Shown here piece after piece: positions 63,394-64,000 of a stretch of 64,000 bases of DNA. The stretch is taken from assembly GCF_001194135.2 (NCBI RefSeq), contig NC_068983.1, positions 153,684,602 through 153,748,601 of the forward strand. Reading direction: 5' to 3'. The notes under the pieces are model-generated. The model ran no database searches and was not told the origin of the DNA. It saw nothing but the letters and a program-made list of their open reading frames with translations. Positions within the stretch are counted from its first letter, which is position 1. The number at the start of each line of letters is the position of its first letter. A program made the translations under genes and the position numbers. This DNA is from Octopus bimaculoides. Taxonomy: Eukaryota.

Positions 63394-64000
63394 TCTTTTA
63401 AATGGATTTACTAGCTAGAATGTTTAAAAAAGTGACTATCATTTACCGAATCTTGAGCGTAGCAGATGTTTCATCGAGCTATTCTCCAAACGTCTAAAAT
63501 TAAGTGTATAAGGATTCGAACTGGAAATAAATACATATTTTCGAAACACACTAAAGAATCCAGATGTATGCTAGTTAGCATTTCACATTCGATAAACTAC
63601 GATCTAAATAAAATGGCCAACTTCTTTCAGCTTACTACTTCCACCTCCCTGACATTAACTGTAATCTATTCTATCTAACCTAACTTGGTTATCAATTTTT
63701 ATGCAGGTTCTTTTCCATGGTAAATTAAATTGGTCACTAAGACAAATCTGGTGTTTTACACTGTGGGAGCATTTGACTGTCATATTGCGTAGAGTGTCAT
63801 ATAGTTAAACGATGTGTAATCCGGTGGACTTATGACTAGATATATCAATGGTTTATGACATGGTCTGATAAAATTGATATTAGTGACTTAACTTAAAATT
63901 TGACTCTTTTTCTAAGTACTTATTAGATAAATTTCATAAACTCACTATATTTTGAATAGCGGCCTTTATTTATATATTAAAATATTGCTTCCTACACTAG

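Noticed and set aside
63707-63719. 13-nt microexon-like segment (tttttatgcag|GTTCTTTTCCATG|gtaaat)
   Set aside because: Not frame-preserving and no other support.

Overview
AT-rich, repeat-dominated animal genomic DNA from a draft scaffold with 13 N-gaps, nearly all abutting microsatellites. The repeat content (several tRNA-headed SINE families, abundant (AT)/(AC)/(ATAC)/(AG) tracts, mariner, Penelope-like, R4, RTE and HERO relics) best fits an octopod cephalopod intron or intergenic region; this taxonomic call is an inference. I find no confidently identifiable host gene, no rRNA, true tRNA or CRISPR. Almost all ORFs in the supplied track are microsatellite or N artefacts. The recognisable protein similarity is all transposon-derived: three mariner relics plus a mariner-fragment MITE, one maT/DD37D-like element, a Penelope-like GIY-YIG domain, three R4/Dong-like pieces, HERO-, RTE-, CR1- and L1-like remnants. 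A few exon-like segments are reported at low confidence. The best leads are modest: a decayed minimal hammerhead-ribozyme fold in a short repeat (43229-43272), three SINE arrays in 3 kb whose junctions repeat the same short target sequence (30.8-33.8 kb), and long inverted SINE pairs that could form dsRNA. I cannot support a claim of a major new biological system from sequence alone.
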